NCBI GenBank assembly: GCA_964016885.1
Contig: OZ024748.1
Coordinates: 5,642,001 to 5,706,000 of the forward strand
Reading direction: 5' to 3'
DNA from: Eledone cirrhosa
Lineage: Eukaryota
Length of the DNA: 64,000 nucleotides
The position numbers and the translations under genes are program-made. Shown one piece after another: positions 60,471 to 64,000 of the stretch (positions are counted from its first letter, which is position 1; each line of letters opens with the position of its first letter). The notes beneath the pieces are model-generated. The model had not been told where the DNA came from. It worked only from the letters and a program-made list of their open reading frames with translations, and made no database searches.

Positions 60471-60669
60471 TGTGTTTGTAAATATATAATCACAACAGCA
60501 GATTTATATGGCTGCAGACAAAAAAATGATTCCTAAATACTGATATATAACGGGTGAAATATCTCGCTGAAGGTCAATCCTATTTGAAAAATACTTTCCA
60601 TGTATGTAAAGTCAATATCCGAGACTTGAAAAGAGATTTATATATTTATATGGAAATATATTTATATGG

Positions 60670-60728
<59 letters not shown>

Positions 60729-60876
60729 TGTGTGTATAAGGTACAGTCACAGATATTTTGGGACACTAATAAAACATTTTCTATCGAAATGTGCTTCAAA
60801 AGAAATTTATACGTTTTTTACTTTGCACCTGAATATTTTTGAGTTTGTATGATAAAGTACTTATGTGTGTGTGTAC

Positions 60877-60916
<40 letters not shown>

Positions 60917-61643
60917 CGGTGGTGTAGTTTGAATGTGTTTCAGTGTGGTTATGTGTTGTGTATATAAACAATTGTGTGTATTTGCGAGTTCTCACAGTTC
61001 TAAACTTGTCCATCACCTGGGTTATGAAAATTCCAACAAAACCAAATAATACACACACATACACACACGTGTGTGTGTGTGTGTGGGTGTGTGTGTGTAT
61101 GTGTGTGTGTGTGTGTACGGTGCAGTGAAGCCGTTTAGTTCTATGTTACAATGAATGTAGTTAAATTCCTTATCAGTAAACATGATATATAATAATAATA
61201 ATAATAATATATATATATATATAGACATACAAATATATATATATATGTGTGTGTGTGTGGGTGTGATTGTGTATGTGTATTTATGTGTACATGTGTGTGT
61301 ATCTATATATGCATGAATGTGTAGATATGTGTGTGTGCGCGTGTAAAATAAAATAACATAATAAAATCTAGCTTTGAAAGCTTGTCTGAGAATGCTTCTA
61401 CACAGAATAATAATAAAAAAAAACAGACAGCCATTCTCACCCATACTCTAACAGAAATACCCACATGGTTACAGTAAACCGTATAATCTTATCCATAGAA
61501 AAGTAATACAGATATAGACGGATACACGTACATATACATAAACATTTGCAATCACACGTCCACACTTACACAAAGTTTTATACATATATACATACATATA
61601 CATATGTATGAGAGTGTGTATTTATCACGATATATATATGGGA

Positions 61644-61843
<200 letters not shown>

Positions 61844-61883
61844 CACACATATTTATACACATATATATACACATATATATACA

Positions 61884-61927
<44 letters not shown>

Positions 61928-62021
61928 CACACACATATATACACACATACATCAATTTATATATATATATATATACATACATACATACATACATACATAC
62001 ATACATACATACCTACATACA

Positions 62022-62056
<35 letters not shown>

Positions 62057-62414
62057 CAGAGTGTATAAAGAATGACATAAAAGCTTCATGATAGAATCGC
62101 ACCAATTGAACAGTTAAAAGCACTGGCTGTCTTTGAGACTTGTATATGTATTTGAAATAAACTCTTCAGATCCTGACAAAAAGCCTGAGGTAGACGTGGT
62201 ACGCTTTATGGCTCTATGCAGTAGTAACCTTTGTACTCTGCTATACATAAGAAATGTAACGAAATGTACACAGACATGGACGCATATACATACATCAGAC
62301 ACACACATATACCGTCTATTCTTTCTCGGTCGTTGTTCTGATTTCAGATTTTTTTTATCCCTGCTTACTTACGTATACGCACACAGACACACACATACAC
62401 AGACACAGACACAG

Positions 62415-62529
<115 letters not shown>

Positions 62530-62595
62530 CATATATATACACATATATATGTACATATATACATACATGCATATCTATATCCATCTATCTACATA

Positions 62596-62626
<31 letters not shown>

Positions 62627-62634
62627 GTATACGG

Positions 62635-62715
<81 letters not shown>

Positions 62716-62890
62716 TGTCGATATATATATAGCAGCACACGCTGAAGAGAATAGTAGTTCCAGACGACAACATAGAAGTAAGAAAAGGGTAACTGTGAAA
62801 GCAGTCACAACATTAACGCCTAACTATTTATATATACTCTGTAAAATCAAGAAAAATAACTACTACTAATACTACTAATACAAATAATAC

Positions 62891-63103
62891 TAATTGTTTC
62901 TGATTTAGGCACATGGTAAACATTTTGAAGGTGAGCAGGAAGTCGATTAAATCGACCCGAGTATGTTACTGGTGCTTTATATTATCGACCCCATAAGGAT
63001 GAAATGCAAAGCTAACCTCAACGGGATTTGAACTCAGAACGTAAAGGGTTGTAACTAAATGCCTCAAAGCATGTTCTTCGACGCTCTGCCGAACCAATCC
63101 ACC
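62891..63103 (-). mobile_element. SINE S1 (longer 3' variant)
   Basis: Reverse complement of S1 with the gtcgattaaatcgac insert. Confidence 0.85.
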
Positions 63104-63905
63104 ATAATAAAATTAGTTATAATTATAAGGTGTAAATTTGTATATCCAACACCATCAATCTCAACACCAACTGTACACCTTTGATTCTGTTGTAGAAATG
63201 TCGGTCAATATGTGTGCTAGTAGTCGTAGACAGCTGGCAGGGGACATAATATACTCCGATGAACGAAATAACATTATGTTACTGGTATTTTCTTTTTCTT
63301 TTGTTGTTTTTTTTTCACTAAAATGGTTCTAACATAAATATAGTAACTAGGGATTTGCGATATTTTATTGTTACTTCACCTTCACGATAAAAATGTCGTT
63401 AACGAATTCATTATTTTTTTTCAAATCTGTGGATTAGATTTTTCAACTGGCAAATATAGAGACTTTTTATAGCAACATCTATAATGAAATAAAGTCTATT
63501 ATAATTGATTAATGGACAATTTTGTTGGACTTACTAAGATTATTAATTATTTCATTGGCATGATATTACATTAACATGTGGTTTATATATAAAGAGATGC
63601 TGGGAGATTTTGTATTTTAAAAGAAAGACATTGACATGCGCAGTGATGGATCATAGAACACCGGTTTTAGACAGATTTGTACCAAAAGGGAAGAGATGAT
63701 AAGTGTGTTTTTCTTAAGTCAAATAAAAGAAACTGGTCGTTCTGTCTATTAGAAAGTGTCCTCGTATCCTTAGTATCTTGACAAAGTATTCAGCACTGAA
63801 TGGCTTGTAAATACAGCTACCAAACACATAGATAATATATATCCGTTGGATTGTGTTTTGTTTTTTTCATGATGTATATAGTGGTTTATTTCATTTGAAA
63901 TATGA

Positions 63906-64000
63906 TAATTGTTTCTACTTTAGGCACAAGGCCAGAAATTATCCCAGTGCATTACTGGTACTTTATTTTATCGACCCCCGTAAGGATGAAAGGCAAAGTC
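63906..64000 (-). mobile_element. SINE S1, cut by the window edge
   Basis: ttgtttctactttaggcacaaggccag...taaggatgaaaggcaaag. Confidence 0.85.

Overview
Very AT-rich, microsatellite-dense animal genomic DNA. The repeat landscape and the Hox sequence point to a coleoid cephalopod, probably an octopod (inference). The only convincing host coding sequence is the homeobox exon of the lophotrochozoan Hox gene Lox5 (minus strand, 29875-29559: Antp-class homeodomain plus KLTGP parapeptide). No exon 1 is recognisable, so everything above about 29.9 kb may be one long intron. Almost all other ORFs in the track are microsatellite translations. Repeats include about 14 copies of a tRNA-derived SINE (two inverted pairs), V/CORE-like SINEs, a Tx1/L1-type LINE 3' fragment in (GATA)n, R4/Dong-like LINE relics and a Tc1/mariner MITE. 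The most striking signal is a set of short, sequence-unrelated cassettes in or beside (TA)n runs that share one architecture: a fold-back inverted repeat, a complete or 3'-half minimal type-I hammerhead ribozyme, and a covarying bulged hairpin (RYTC-stem-loop-stem-NN-GARY). These are best read as Penelope-like/retrozyme-type retroelement termini. All RNA folds were paired by eye, not computed.
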